Assembly: GCA_910588535.1 (NCBI GenBank)
Contig: CAJUOO010000010.1
Span: 2,347-34,346, forward strand
From: an uncultured Lachnospiraceae bacterium
Lineage (GTDB): Bacteria > Bacillota > Clostridia > Lachnospirales > Lachnospiraceae
Direction: 5' to 3'
DNA: 32,000 bases
Part shown: piece after piece, positions 7,339 to 16,630 of the stretch
How the letters are laid out: each line of letters opens with the position of its first letter
How positions within the stretch are numbered: the stretch's first letter is position 1
The notes under the pieces: generated by a model
Seen by the model: the letters and a program-made list of their open reading frames with translations, nothing else
Told to the model about the DNA's origin: nothing
Databases searched by the model: none
Made by a program: the position numbers and the translations under genes

Positions 7339-9414
7339 ATGCTGGAACAGTCAGAGCTTCCCCAACAAAAAGGGAAGCAAGTGATAACTAAAATAAACAA
7401 CAGAAAGGAACAAAATAACATGATTTGTAAACGTTTAACGCCAAATGAACGCCCAACATTTCCTAAACGGGCAATTATTACGGCAGGTATGCCTTATGGA
7501 AATAAAAATTTACATTTTGGACATGTAGGTGGTATGTTTATACACGCAGATATTTTTGCTCGCTTTTTAAGAGATCGAATCGGAAAAGACAATGTTATCT
7601 TTCTTTCAGGAACAGATTGTTATGGTTCTCCCATCATGGAAAGCTATCGCAAGCTGCAGGAAACAGGGTATGAAGGTACTTTGGAAGATTATGTACGTGT
7701 TAATCATGAGAATCAGAAGAAAACCTTGGAAAACTATGGTATCAATTTAGATTTCTTTGGAGCATCGGCTCTGGGAGAAGCAGGTTTGATTCACAAACAG
7801 GTATCAGCGAAAGTGTTTCATACTTTATACAAAAATGGATATATAAAGAAGATGTCCATGCCTCAATTTTATGATGAAGAAAAAAAGATGTATTTAAACG
7901 GAAGACAAGTAACAGGGAAATGTCCTATACCGGGATGCACTTCGGAAAAAGCATATGCCGACGAATGTTCATTGGGACATCAATTTTTGCCTTCGGAGCT
8001 AATCCATCCCGTCAGTTGCTTATCAAATAAAAAACCTGTCCTCAGAGATGTGGAAAACTGGTATTTCGATTTAGAATATTGTATTCATACAATAAAGGAA
8101 TATAATGATTTCTTGCGAAAAAATACAAATACGCGTAAGTATCAGTTAGAAATCGTAGAAGAATTTTTGAAAAAACCCTTAATATATATACCAAGAAAGT
8201 ATGTAGATGACTTGGCAGAATTGACAGCAAAGCTGCCCTCTCATAAATTAACCAATGAAGAAAAGAAACCATTTATTGTGTTTGAATTTGAAAATTTGGA
8301 TGACCGTGACAAGGCTAAAAATGTATTGGAAGCAAACAATATTCATTATACTTCTGGAAAGACACTGGTTCCCTTTCGGCTGTCTGGTAATGTAGAATGG
8401 GGTATACCATTCCCGGAATGTGAAGGATTAAAAGATCTCACCTTTTGGGTATGGCCGGAATCGCTGTGGGCGCCGATTTCCTTTACTTTGGCATATTTGA
8501 AAGAACAGGGAAAAGAAGACGACTTATTCAGGTGGTGGTATGATGAGGAATCAAACGTTTATCAGTTTATTGGAGAAGATAACATTTATTTCTATGCCAT
8601 CGCTCAGACAGGGGTATTTACTGGATTACAGGTTCCCAAAGGGGAAGTCCCAGATATGAAGAAAGTACACTTATCTCACATTATAGCTAATCGACATTTA
8701 TTGTATATGGATACAAAAGCCAGCAGCAGTTCCGAATTAAAGCCCCCTATGGCAGATGAATTGCTTCATTATTACACTAAGGATCAATTGCGAATGCACT
8801 TTATGAGTTTAGGGTTGTCCTCCAAAAGTGTAGGTTTTAAACCGCAGGTATTTATGAAAAAGGAAGACCAGATTGGTGTAGATATGGTTCTAAAAGATGG
8901 TAATTTAATAACCAATGTGTTTAACCGACTAATCCGAACCTGTTTCTATGCTATTCAGAATAATTGTGACGGAAAAATTCCTAAGGGCGACGTGAGTGAA
9001 CAAATAAGACTTATGACAGAGAAAACTGTTCTTGATTATGAGCGTTATATGTATAACCATGAGTTTCATCGTATCTCTTATGTTTTAGATGACTATATTC
9101 GGTCAATAAACAAGCATTGGGTAAACAATGTAAAAATTGCAGATGCCACGAATAATACAGTATTCAGAAAACAGCTTATTATTGATTGTTTTTATGCTTG
9201 CAAGGTTATGGCAATACTCATTCATCCAATTGCACCGGAAGGATGTGAAATGTTTAGAGAATATCTAAATTTGGGAGACGAATTGTGGGATTGGAGTAAT
9301 ATATTTGAGCCGGTTTCTTTTTATATTGCAAACGTGGAGAGTCATAAATTGAAGTATCTGGAGCCGAGAGTAGATTTCTTTAAAAAGCATGAATGTCAAC
9401 TGGTGGAAATGTAA
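7339..9414 (+). CDS. Class I aminoacyl-tRNA synthetase-like protein, MetRS-related paralogue with a non-canonical KMSKS region
   Basis: Strong RBS AGGAGG (7327-7332) lies 6 nt before the ATG. MetRS-like N-terminus MPYGNKNLHFGHVGG..ADIFARFLR..GTDCYGSPI, with HFGH at 7513-7524. Knuckle-like CPIPGC..ECSLGH..PSELIHP. FIGEDNIYFY segment. KASSS (8716-8730) sits where KMSKS is expected. Anticodon-domain-like KHWVNN..IHPIAPEG. Confidence 0.7.
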   Translation: MLEQSELPQQKGKQVITKINNRKEQNNMICKRLTPNERPTFPKRAIITAGMPYGNKNLHFGHVGGMFIHADIFARFLRDRIGKDNVIFLSGTDCYGSPIMESYRKLQETGYEGTLEDYVRVNHENQKKTLENYGINLDFFGASALGEAGLIHKQVSAKVFHTLYKNGYIKKMSMPQFYDEEKKMYLNGRQVTGKCPIPGCTSEKAYADECSLGHQFLPSELIHPVSCLSNKKPVLRDVENWYFDLEYCIHTIKEYNDFLRKNTNTRKYQLEIVEEFLKKPLIYIPRKYVDDLAELTAKLPSHKLTNEEKKPFIVFEFENLDDRDKAKNVLEANNIHYTSGKTLVPFRLSGNVEWGIPFPECEGLKDLTFWVWPESLWAPISFTLAYLKEQGKEDDLFRWWYDEESNVYQFIGEDNIYFYAIAQTGVFTGLQVPKGEVPDMKKVHLSHIIANRHLLYMDTKASSSSELKPPMADELLHYYTKDQLRMHFMSLGLSSKSVGFKPQVFMKKEDQIGVDMVLKDGNLITNVFNRLIRTCFYAIQNNCDGKIPKGDVSEQIRLMTEKTVLDYERYMYNHEFHRISYVLDDYIRSINKHWVNNVKIADATNNTVFRKQLIIDCFYACKVMAILIHPIAPEGCEMFREYLNLGDELWDWSNIFEPVSFYIANVESHKLKYLEPRVDFFKKHECQLVEM

Positions 9415-9420
9415 GCAATA

Positions 9421-9441
9421 AGGGGCGATTATCTCGCCCCT
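9421..9441. terminator. Hairpin between convergent genes (bidirectional terminator candidate)
   Basis: AGGGGCGA (9421-9428) / TCGCCCCT (9434-9441) with a 5-nt loop. The T-rich tract on the plus side is interrupted. Confidence 0.55.
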
Positions 9442-9470
9442 TTCATAGTATTTTTTGTCAAGTATCTCTC

Positions 9471-10352
9471 CTACCGTCCTCTTGGTGGTCTGCAGGAACA
9501 GCCAACACCTAATCCTCCATAGCCAACATGGCAGGATACACCCAGTGATAACTTGTCGCACAGCACATCCATATCAGGGAAGGCTTCTTTTATCTCTGCC
9601 ACCCACTCTGCTGTGACTTCCTCCGATGCACTGGATGCTGCCAACAGATAAAGCTCTCCTTTCTCATATGGCTCTCGAAAGATAGTATCTATATCATGTT
9701 GCATTGCCTCTAGCATCGTCTTTCTTGCTCTGGCAAAACCACGGCACTTTTGAAAGGTATCCAATGTCCCAACTCCCAGCTTAAGCACTGGCTTGATGTG
9801 AAGCATTGTGCCCAAAAGAGCTGTGGCAGGTGTGATGCGCCCGCCGTGCTTTAAGTATTCGAGTGTCTCCACACCAATATAGATTACCATATTTTCCCTG
9901 TATTTCTCTAATATTTCCTTGATCTCACAAGCAGAATAGCCTTCCTCAACCAGAGCCAAGGCATCCAGCACATAGCGATGTAGTGGCGTAGATACTCTGC
10001 CATGATCGATCACATGCACTCGCCCTTGATACTCTTCCTCCTGCGCCATCGCATAGGCCGCACTGTAAGAGCCACTCAAACCACTGCTAATAGGCATATA
10101 CAGAATCTGTTGAAATGCAAGAAGTGCCTTATCCCACAGTCTCATCACATCAGCGGGAGCTGGCTGAGAGGTGCTGACCTTTCTCCCCTGCTTCATTTTC
10201 TCAAAAAATTCTTCCCTTGATAATGTGACATCTTCATAATAACACTCTTCATCAAAATAAAATGGCATAGGAAGCACCATAATACCAAGTCTTGCTGCTT
10301 CCTCTTGACTAATGCCGCTGTGACTGTCTGTAACAATCCCTATTGCTTTCAT
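9471..10352 (-). CDS. DegV-family fatty-acid-binding protein
   Basis: N-terminus MKAIGIVTDSHSGIS plus the overall DegV pattern and length. RBS GGAGAG. The start lies 17 nt after the upstream gene's stop. Confidence 0.85.
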   Translation of the reverse strand: MKAIGIVTDSHSGISQEEAARLGIMVLPMPFYFDEECYYEDVTLSREEFFEKMKQGRKVSTSQPAPADVMRLWDKALLAFQQILYMPISSGLSGSYSAAYAMAQEEEYQGRVHVIDHGRVSTPLHRYVLDALALVEEGYSACEIKEILEKYRENMVIYIGVETLEYLKHGGRITPATALLGTMLHIKPVLKLGVGTLDTFQKCRGFARARKTMLEAMQHDIDTIFREPYEKGELYLLAASSASEEVTAEWVAEIKEAFPDMDVLCDKLSLGVSCHVGYGGLGVGCSCRPPRGR

Positions 10353-10369
10353 TATTCTCTCCTAATTTT

Positions 10370-11710
10370 CTATTGTCTGGAAAGCTGCTGCTTCATCTGT
10401 TCGTGAGCTCTGCTGATCTCACCCGTCACCAGATCACGAATCTGCTTCCTCATCTGTTCCTTTTTAATTTCCTCTGCTCCCATATTATCTGCCTGAGAAA
10501 TATCACTTAACCCCTCTTCTGCCAGCTCCTCCCTCATCTCTGCCTTCCAGATATTATTGAGAACCACCTCAAGCTCCACCCAAAAATTAGTCGTGTCCAT
10601 AAGCTTTGGAAGCACCACCGATCTCTCATAGGCATCCATCACATGAACAAATTCCTCCGCTGGATACGTGCTCAATCGCTTGCATGGCAGCTTTCCCGAT
10701 AGATCATAACATTTCTCTGCGTATTCATCCGACAGATACGCGGCAAGCCTTTCAGATAGCTCGGTAGATCTGCTATAAGGATTTACCACCGCCACATAAT
10801 TCACGGAGATCCCTCTGCTGTCAAGACTATCTGTCAGAGGAGGAATTGGCGCAATCCCATAATTCATTCCACTCTGTCTAAGGAGCTCCAAACTTCTTGT
10901 CGTCCCAATCGTATACAAAATCCTTCCCTCCAGAAAGCTCTGAAGCAATGCATCATATTGTACTTCTTCTCCATCGAAATATAAACTTTGATTTAATTCC
11001 TTATAAAACCCAAGTGCATTTAACACATTTTCATTGTTCATATCCACCACTGTCCTGTCATCGCCATCTGGTCCTCCTAGATTCAGATAAGCTCCCACAA
11101 ATTGATAATTACAGAACAGGTCTAACACATCCCACTTTAATACAGCTTCCAGATTTTGATACAGCTCTGCATTTTCCCCCGACATCTCATCGCTCGACGC
11201 AAAATCTATAATAGCCTGAAAGCTTGCAGGCGGCTCGGACACAATATCCTTATTGTACAAAAAATACTCTGTCTCAAAATATACCGGAAAGGCAATACCC
11301 TTCGCCTGATACCGGCAGGCTGACACCGCCACATCAGGGTATCCAGTAAGCTCCTCCCAGAGAGGGGCGGCAAGCCCTGCCATATATGCCTTCTCCAAGG
11401 ATTCACTGTTTAAAATATAGACATCCACAATATCTGTCTCTGCTATATTCTGCTGATTAATATTTTCCAGATAGTCTATCGCCGATATTTGTCTGGGTAT
11501 CACAGCGACTTGATTTTCCCGTCCAAAAGCCTCCGCTGCCTCGCTCATATAAGCTGTCATGGACTCATCTGTATACCACAGATTCAGCTCGATATTCTCT
11601 GCTGTTGTGGTTTCATCGCTTGTATCCTGCTCTTCCCCCCTGCTGCCGCACCCGGCAAGCATACTGACTGCCGCCAAAATCAAAAGGCAGTACCACACAA
11701 ATTTCTTCAT
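10370..11710 (-). CDS. Extracellular solute-binding lipoprotein (family 1, MalE-like) with a charged C-terminal tail
   Basis: Signal peptide with lipobox LAGC. Pattern LNLWYT...PDV..Y...SE typical of sugar-type SBPs. The last ~60 aa are rich in E/K/Q (EEIKKEQMRKQIRDL..HEQMKQQLSRQ). Confidence 0.75.
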   Translation of the reverse strand: MKKFVWYCLLILAAVSMLAGCGSRGEEQDTSDETTTAENIELNLWYTDESMTAYMSEAAEAFGRENQVAVIPRQISAIDYLENINQQNIAETDIVDVYILNSESLEKAYMAGLAAPLWEELTGYPDVAVSACRYQAKGIAFPVYFETEYFLYNKDIVSEPPASFQAIIDFASSDEMSGENAELYQNLEAVLKWDVLDLFCNYQFVGAYLNLGGPDGDDRTVVDMNNENVLNALGFYKELNQSLYFDGEEVQYDALLQSFLEGRILYTIGTTRSLELLRQSGMNYGIAPIPPLTDSLDSRGISVNYVAVVNPYSRSTELSERLAAYLSDEYAEKCYDLSGKLPCKRLSTYPAEEFVHVMDAYERSVVLPKLMDTTNFWVELEVVLNNIWKAEMREELAEEGLSDISQADNMGAEEIKKEQMRKQIRDLVTGEISRAHEQMKQQLSRQ

Positions 11711-11754
11711 TGATAGTCTTACTCCTGTTCTAAATAGTTTCCTGTATGTCAGCC

Positions 11755-12945
11755 CTATAGTTTTGCAAAAATACCATCCAGAACCGCTGCCATCTCATCT
11801 ACATGCTCCTCTTCAATAATAAGAGGAGGCACAAAGCGGATGACATTCTGTCCTGCAGATATTACAATCAGTCCTGCATCCAGTGCTTTTAGTATAATGT
11901 CACCTGCCGGAATTGTCAATTCCAATCCCTGCATCAGCCCCATTCCCCTGACCTCTCTCACAAACTCATATTTTTCAACAAACCTGCTCAATGACCCTTG
12001 AAGGTATGTTCCCATCTTCTTCACATGCTCCGTGATATGTCTCTGCTTATATTGTCGGAACACCTCATTTACAGCCGCGCAGGCAAATGGATTCCCGCCA
12101 TAAGTGGTGCCGTGATCTCCGGGCACCAACGCCGTAGCCACAGACTCTCTAGCAGCAAATGCTCCCACTGGAACACCACAACCCAAAGCCTTCGCCATCG
12201 TGATAATATCCGGCTTCACCCCATACTGCTGCCAAGCATACATAGATCCAGTCCTTCCCATTCCGCACTGAACCTCATCAAAGATCAGAAGAATTTCCCT
12301 TTCCTCACATAAGCGTTTTACACCTTCCAAAAACTCCTTTTTCGCTGGATACAATCCTCCCTCACCCTGAATAGGCTCCATAATTACTGCACAGGTCTTA
12401 TCCGTCACCTTCGCCTTTATACTTTCCAGATCATTAAAATCAGCAAACTTCACCCCGCCAATCAAAGGCTTAAACGCCTCCTGATATTTTACATTACCTG
12501 TAACTGACAAAGCTCCCAAACTTCTTCCATGAAAGGAATGATTCATCGCAATAATTTCATGATCGGTAGTGCCATCTTTCAGATAAGCATATTTTCTGGC
12601 AAGCTTAATTGCCCCCTCAATCGCCTCCGTGCCACTGTTTGTAAAAAATACCCGATCCATGCCGGAGCTTTCCGTAATATGCTTTGCCGCCTCAATCGCC
12701 GGAACATTATAATATAAATTTGAAGTGTGAAGCAGCTTATCAATCTGTGCCTTCAGCGCATCATTGTACTCTGTATTTCCATAACCAAGGGCGAATACCG
12801 CGATTCCTGATGCAAAATCCAAGTATTTTTTTCCATCTATATCATACAGATAGACGCCTTCCCCCTTCTCCAATACAATCTGATAGCGGTTGTATGTGTG
12901 GATAAGCCTCTGTTCTGCTTCTTCTATATAATCATGTGTGGTCAT
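11755..12945 (-). CDS. argD: Acetylornithine aminotransferase
   Basis: Class III aminotransferase motifs (DEVQCGMGRTG, TMAKALG). The start is set at ATG 12945 (MTTHDYIEE) with AAGGAGGA 4 nt upstream. The longer ORF-track start would overlap argB. Confidence 0.9.
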   Translation of the reverse strand: MTTHDYIEEAEQRLIHTYNRYQIVLEKGEGVYLYDIDGKKYLDFASGIAVFALGYGNTEYNDALKAQIDKLLHTSNLYYNVPAIEAAKHITESSGMDRVFFTNSGTEAIEGAIKLARKYAYLKDGTTDHEIIAMNHSFHGRSLGALSVTGNVKYQEAFKPLIGGVKFADFNDLESIKAKVTDKTCAVIMEPIQGEGGLYPAKKEFLEGVKRLCEEREILLIFDEVQCGMGRTGSMYAWQQYGVKPDIITMAKALGCGVPVGAFAARESVATALVPGDHGTTYGGNPFACAAVNEVFRQYKQRHITEHVKKMGTYLQGSLSRFVEKYEFVREVRGMGLMQGLELTIPAGDIILKALDAGLIVISAGQNVIRFVPPLIIEEEHVDEMAAVLDGIFAKL

Positions 12946-12946
12946 T

Positions 12947-13849
12947 TTAATCCTCCTTGTAGTAGCGCGGCTCAGATTCCCCCAAAATCGCGGTTCCAAT
13001 TCCTTTGTTGGTAAAGATCTCAAGCAGCAGACAGTGAGGGATTCTTCCATCTAAAATATGCACCCTCGACACACCATTTTCAATGGCATCTATGCAATTA
13101 TTCAGCTTTGGCAACATACCACCGCCAATATTTCCCTCGCCGATAAGCTCCTTTGCCTGCTCAATGCCAAGCTCCGAGATCAAACTCTTCTTATCTGACG
13201 GATCAAGATACACTCCCTCCACATCTGTGAGAAATGCTAACTTCTCTGCATGTACAGCTCTCGCGATCGCACATGCCGCATCATCTGCATTAATATTATA
13301 AGTATGAAACTCTTCATCCATACCTACCGGACATATAACAGGGAGAAAATCCTTCTCAAGCAAATCATAGATCACCTTAGGATTTACCTCCGTCACCTCT
13401 CCCACAAATCCAATATCCTGACCGCCGGAGTACTTCTTCTCCACCTTAAGGAGACCACCATCCTTGCCGCTTATTCCAACCGCCTTCACGCCCAACTCCT
13501 GAACCATCTGCACAAGGCTCTTATTCACCCGATTAAGAACCATCTCGGCGATCTCCATCGTCTCCTCATCTGTCACGCGAAGCCCATTAATAAACTTCGG
13601 CTCCATGCCAACCTTCTCCACCCAGCGGCTGATCTCCTTGCCGCCCCCGTGCACGATAATGGGCTTAAAACCAACCAGCTTTAACAGGGTGACATCTTTT
13701 ATCACATTCTTTTTAAGCTCCCCATCCACCATGGCGCTTCCGCCATATTTTACCACTATTATTTTCCGGTTAAATCGCTGAATATACGGCAGTGCCTCAA
13801 TCAGTACCTCCGCCTTGCCAAGCCATTCCTGCATCCCATTCTGCTCCAT
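12947..13849 (-). CDS. argB: Acetylglutamate kinase
   Basis: Motifs VVKYGGSAM and IVHGGG. GAGGGAGA RBS before the ATG. The gene sits between argJ and argD. Confidence 0.92.
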   Translation of the reverse strand: MEQNGMQEWLGKAEVLIEALPYIQRFNRKIIVVKYGGSAMVDGELKKNVIKDVTLLKLVGFKPIIVHGGGKEISRWVEKVGMEPKFINGLRVTDEETMEIAEMVLNRVNKSLVQMVQELGVKAVGISGKDGGLLKVEKKYSGGQDIGFVGEVTEVNPKVIYDLLEKDFLPVICPVGMDEEFHTYNINADDAACAIARAVHAEKLAFLTDVEGVYLDPSDKKSLISELGIEQAKELIGEGNIGGGMLPKLNNCIDAIENGVSRVHILDGRIPHCLLLEIFTNKGIGTAILGESEPRYYKED

Positions 13850-13928
13850 TTTTCTCCCTCATTTCTGTTCTTTCTTCTTATATTCTACCCGCGCGGACAG
13901 CACCTTCGCCGGCTTTTTCTGTATACGA

Positions 13929-15149
13929 TTAAGAACGATAATCGCCATTAATCTTCACATACTCATAAGTAAGGTCACAGCCCCACGCAGTCGCGCTCTC
14001 CTCGCCCTCCTTAATATCAGCGATCACCGTTACCTCTTTTTCCGACAAAATCTCTGTCGCCTTCTCCTCACTATAGTCCGTCGGTATCCCGTTCTCCACA
14101 ATCTTAAGCTTGCCTGCCACACTCTCAAAATACAGATCCGTTCTGTCTGGATCAAAGGAAACTCCCGCATATCCCATAGCACAGAGAATTCTTCCACAGT
14201 TCGCATCATGTCCAAAGATCATCGCCTTTGTAAGATTTGATGTGATCACAGATTTGCTGAGAATCTTCGCCTGCTTTTTCGTCTTTGCATGGATCACCTT
14301 TACTTCAAACAGTGCTGTTGCTCCCTCGCCGTCTCCTGCGATCTGCCTGCATAGATACAACATCACCTCATGAAGCGCTGCCTGAAACTGACTATAAGCC
14401 TCCCCTTTCTCCGTGATCTCAGGATTCTGGGCAAGTCCGTTCGCCATCACAAGAACAGTATCGTTTGTCGAGGTGTCACCATCCACCGAGATCATATTAA
14501 AGGTATCCTGAACCTCCTCACTGAGAGCCTCCTGCAAAAGCTCCTTTGTAATTGCCACATCTGTCGTTATAAAACAGAGCATTGTAGCCATATTAGGATG
14601 AATCATACCCGATCCCTTACACATGCCACCGATCACAGCCGTCTTTCCATCTACCTCAAATTCATATGCAATCTGCTTTGAGACAGTGTCAGTAGTCATA
14701 ATTGCCTCCGCCGCAAGTGTCCCTGCCTCCTGAGTATCACACAGCTCGGCATGTAGACTCTCCACACCCTCTAGGATCTTATCAATGGGTAGTTGCTTTC
14801 CTATCACACCTGTGGAAGCCACCATCACAGAATCTGCCGGAATCCCAAATATCTCTCCCACCTTCTTTGCTGTATCTTCACAATATTGGTATCCAAGCTT
14901 ACCAGTGCACGCATTCGCCACCCCACTGTTTACCACAACAGCCTGCGAATAAGCTGACTCCCTCACCACCTTCTGATCCCACTTTACTGGAGCCGCCTTC
15001 ACCAGATTGGTGGTAAAGGTTCCTGCAGTGTTACATGGTGCTTTGCTGTACACCATCGCCATATCTTTTCTGTTATTCTTAATGCCAGCGTACACTCCCG
15101 CTGCCAAAAATCCCTTTGCGGCAGTGACACCGCCCTCTATTTTCTTCAT
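13929..15149 (-). CDS. argJ: Bifunctional ornithine acetyltransferase / N-acetylglutamate synthase
   Basis: Autoproteolysis and active-site region GMIHPNMATMLCFITTD. Typical N-terminus MKKIEGGVTAAKGF. Confidence 0.92.
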   Translation of the reverse strand: MKKIEGGVTAAKGFLAAGVYAGIKNNRKDMAMVYSKAPCNTAGTFTTNLVKAAPVKWDQKVVRESAYSQAVVVNSGVANACTGKLGYQYCEDTAKKVGEIFGIPADSVMVASTGVIGKQLPIDKILEGVESLHAELCDTQEAGTLAAEAIMTTDTVSKQIAYEFEVDGKTAVIGGMCKGSGMIHPNMATMLCFITTDVAITKELLQEALSEEVQDTFNMISVDGDTSTNDTVLVMANGLAQNPEITEKGEAYSQFQAALHEVMLYLCRQIAGDGEGATALFEVKVIHAKTKKQAKILSKSVITSNLTKAMIFGHDANCGRILCAMGYAGVSFDPDRTDLYFESVAGKLKIVENGIPTDYSEEKATEILSEKEVTVIADIKEGEESATAWGCDLTYEYVKINGDYRS

Positions 15150-15281
15150 CTATTCCCTCATTTCTGCTCTGCTTTCTGCGTATTTTAAGTTTGTGGATGC
15201 AGCGCGGACACAAACTTGGATGCGAAAGATTTAAACTTTCTTTACCCTCCCAAGATCACACGAAGCTTATTGTTCTCTCTT

Positions 15282-16325
15282 TTATGGGAACATGGGAACT
15301 GCCCTAAGTCCCTCATTTTCCTTCAGACCAAACATGATATTCATATTTTGAACTGCCTGTCCCGCAGCCCCCTTCACCAGATTATCCATCGCTCCCATCA
15401 TAATCACTCTTCCGGTTCTTGCATCCAGCTTAATATTCACATCCACATAATTACTACCTTCAACCCAACGTGTCTCTGGACAATTATCAGGCTCCAGAAC
15501 TCTGACAAAATATTCATCCCGATAGTATCTTTCATATACATCCCTAAGTTCTTTTTCAGAGATCCTCTTATCCCTAAGAGATGCATAAGCCGTCACCAAG
15601 ATACCACGGTTCATTGGCACCAGATGTGGAGTAAAATTAATTGTCACTGGAACACCTGCCTGATAAGTAAGCTGTTCTTCAATCTCCGGCGTATGGCGGT
15701 GTGTCGCCACTCCATATGCTTTTATATTCTCATTCACCTCACAGAACAGATTATTGACCTTCGCCCCGCGCCCCGCGCCAGAAGTTCCTGACTTTGCATC
15801 AATAATCAACGAATTCGGATCTATCAGCCCTTCTTTTACCAGAGGATACACGGAAAGAAAAGAACAGGTCGGATAACAGCCCGGATTCGCTAACAATCTC
15901 GCCGTCCTTATCTTCTCCCTGTTAATCTCACACAGCCCATATACTGCTTCCTCGATAAATTGTGGACTTTTGTGCTCTATCCCATACCATTCCTCATAAA
16001 CCTTTACATCCTTAATACGAAAATCTGCACTCAGATCGATCACCTTCACCTTTGACAAAATCTCCTCCTTCACCAAAGATGCACAAAGTCCCTGAGGTGT
16101 TGCCGTAAAAATCACATCCACTGCACCCGCAAGCTCATCCATATTGTCATCCATACAGACAGCATCTACCAACTGGAACATATTCTGATATACCGACGTG
16201 TATTTCTTATCAATATAGCTCTTCGAGCCGTACCAGACAACCTGAACCTCCTTATGCTGCAAAAGCAATCTTACAAGCTCGTTCCCCGCGTAGCCCGTAG
16301 CTCCTATAATTCCTGCTCTTATCAT
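15282..16325 (-). CDS. argC: N-acetyl-gamma-glutamyl-phosphate reductase
   Basis: GIIGATGYAGNELVRLL NAD(P) fold and active-site ANPGCYPT. The start is set at ATG 16325 (MIRAGIIG) with GGAGGG 5 nt upstream. The ORF-track start at 16349 lacks an RBS. Confidence 0.9.
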   Translation of the reverse strand: MIRAGIIGATGYAGNELVRLLLQHKEVQVVWYGSKSYIDKKYTSVYQNMFQLVDAVCMDDNMDELAGAVDVIFTATPQGLCASLVKEEILSKVKVIDLSADFRIKDVKVYEEWYGIEHKSPQFIEEAVYGLCEINREKIRTARLLANPGCYPTCSFLSVYPLVKEGLIDPNSLIIDAKSGTSGAGRGAKVNNLFCEVNENIKAYGVATHRHTPEIEEQLTYQAGVPVTINFTPHLVPMNRGILVTAYASLRDKRISEKELRDVYERYYRDEYFVRVLEPDNCPETRWVEGSNYVDVNIKLDARTGRVIMMGAMDNLVKGAAGQAVQNMNIMFGLKENEGLRAVPMFP

Positions 16326-16394
16326 ACTATCCCTCCATTCTCCTACCATTATAACTGAAATCCCGACGATTGCAATCTATTTTACAACTTCATA

Positions 16395-16425
16395 ATTATA
16401 CACTATATATGAATAATATGCAATA
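16395..16425 (-). promoter_or_regulatory. argC promoter overlapped by an ARG box (ArgR/AhrC operator)
   Basis: On the minus strand: TTGCAT (16418-16423), 17 nt, TATAAT (16395-16400). TATGAATAATATGCAATA (16408-16425) matches the AhrC/ArgR box pattern CATGAATAAAAATGCAAG. Confidence 0.6.
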
Positions 16426-16440
16426 TATTATTTTTGATCC

Positions 16441-16575
16441 ACTCGGCTAGTCAACGCTCCCGCAACAAACTGACGGCCTGTCTGACTTATAGCATAGACA
16501 AGCTACAGAGTAAGCAACCCTTTGCGGCAGTTGCCAAATGTCCATAGAAGGACGCTTGACTCGTTGCTCACAGAA
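16441..16575 (+). repeat. Imperfect-hairpin intergenic repeat, copy D (second subfamily)
   Basis: The arms AGTCAACGCTCC (16449-16460) and GGACGCTTGACT (16550-16561) pair imperfectly. The reverse complement matches 26636-26720 (TGTGAGCAA[C/T]GAGTCAA; CAT[T/A]TGGC[A/G]ACTGCCGCAA). CGCTCCCGC and CCATAGAAGGA resemble copies A and B. Confidence 0.5.
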
Positions 16576-16630
16576 ATCAAACTTTTATCAATATTACTTC
16601 TGACTATATGATTTGCTCTAAAATATCTAC

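Noticed and set aside
7000-7421. Minus-strand ORFs of 65 and 78 aa in the aaRS leader.
   Set aside because: They have no RBS and a Cys/Phe-rich low-complexity composition typical of AT-rich non-coding DNA. One of them overlaps the strongly supported start of the aaRS-like gene.
7339-9414. Calling the aaRS-like gene a clear horizontally acquired compositional island.
   Set aside because: My hand counts of short samples ranged from about 29% to 45% G+C. That overlaps the neighbours too much to claim an island without a computed GC-skew or codon-usage analysis.
13891-15210. A shared 9-mer GCGCGGACA in the argJ-argB spacer (13891-13899) and the argC-argJ spacer (15202-15210).
   Set aside because: A 9-nt match between two ~100-nt spacers is not far from chance expectation, and there is no extended similarity.
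13083-15791. Plus-strand ORFs of 72-191 aa lying antisense to argB, argJ and argC (for example 15216-15791). Similar antisense ORFs occur throughout hydB, hydA, the ABC genes and cls.
   Set aside because: They lie entirely inside well-supported genes on the opposite strand. They have no RBS and a skewed low-complexity composition (H/S/L/I-rich).
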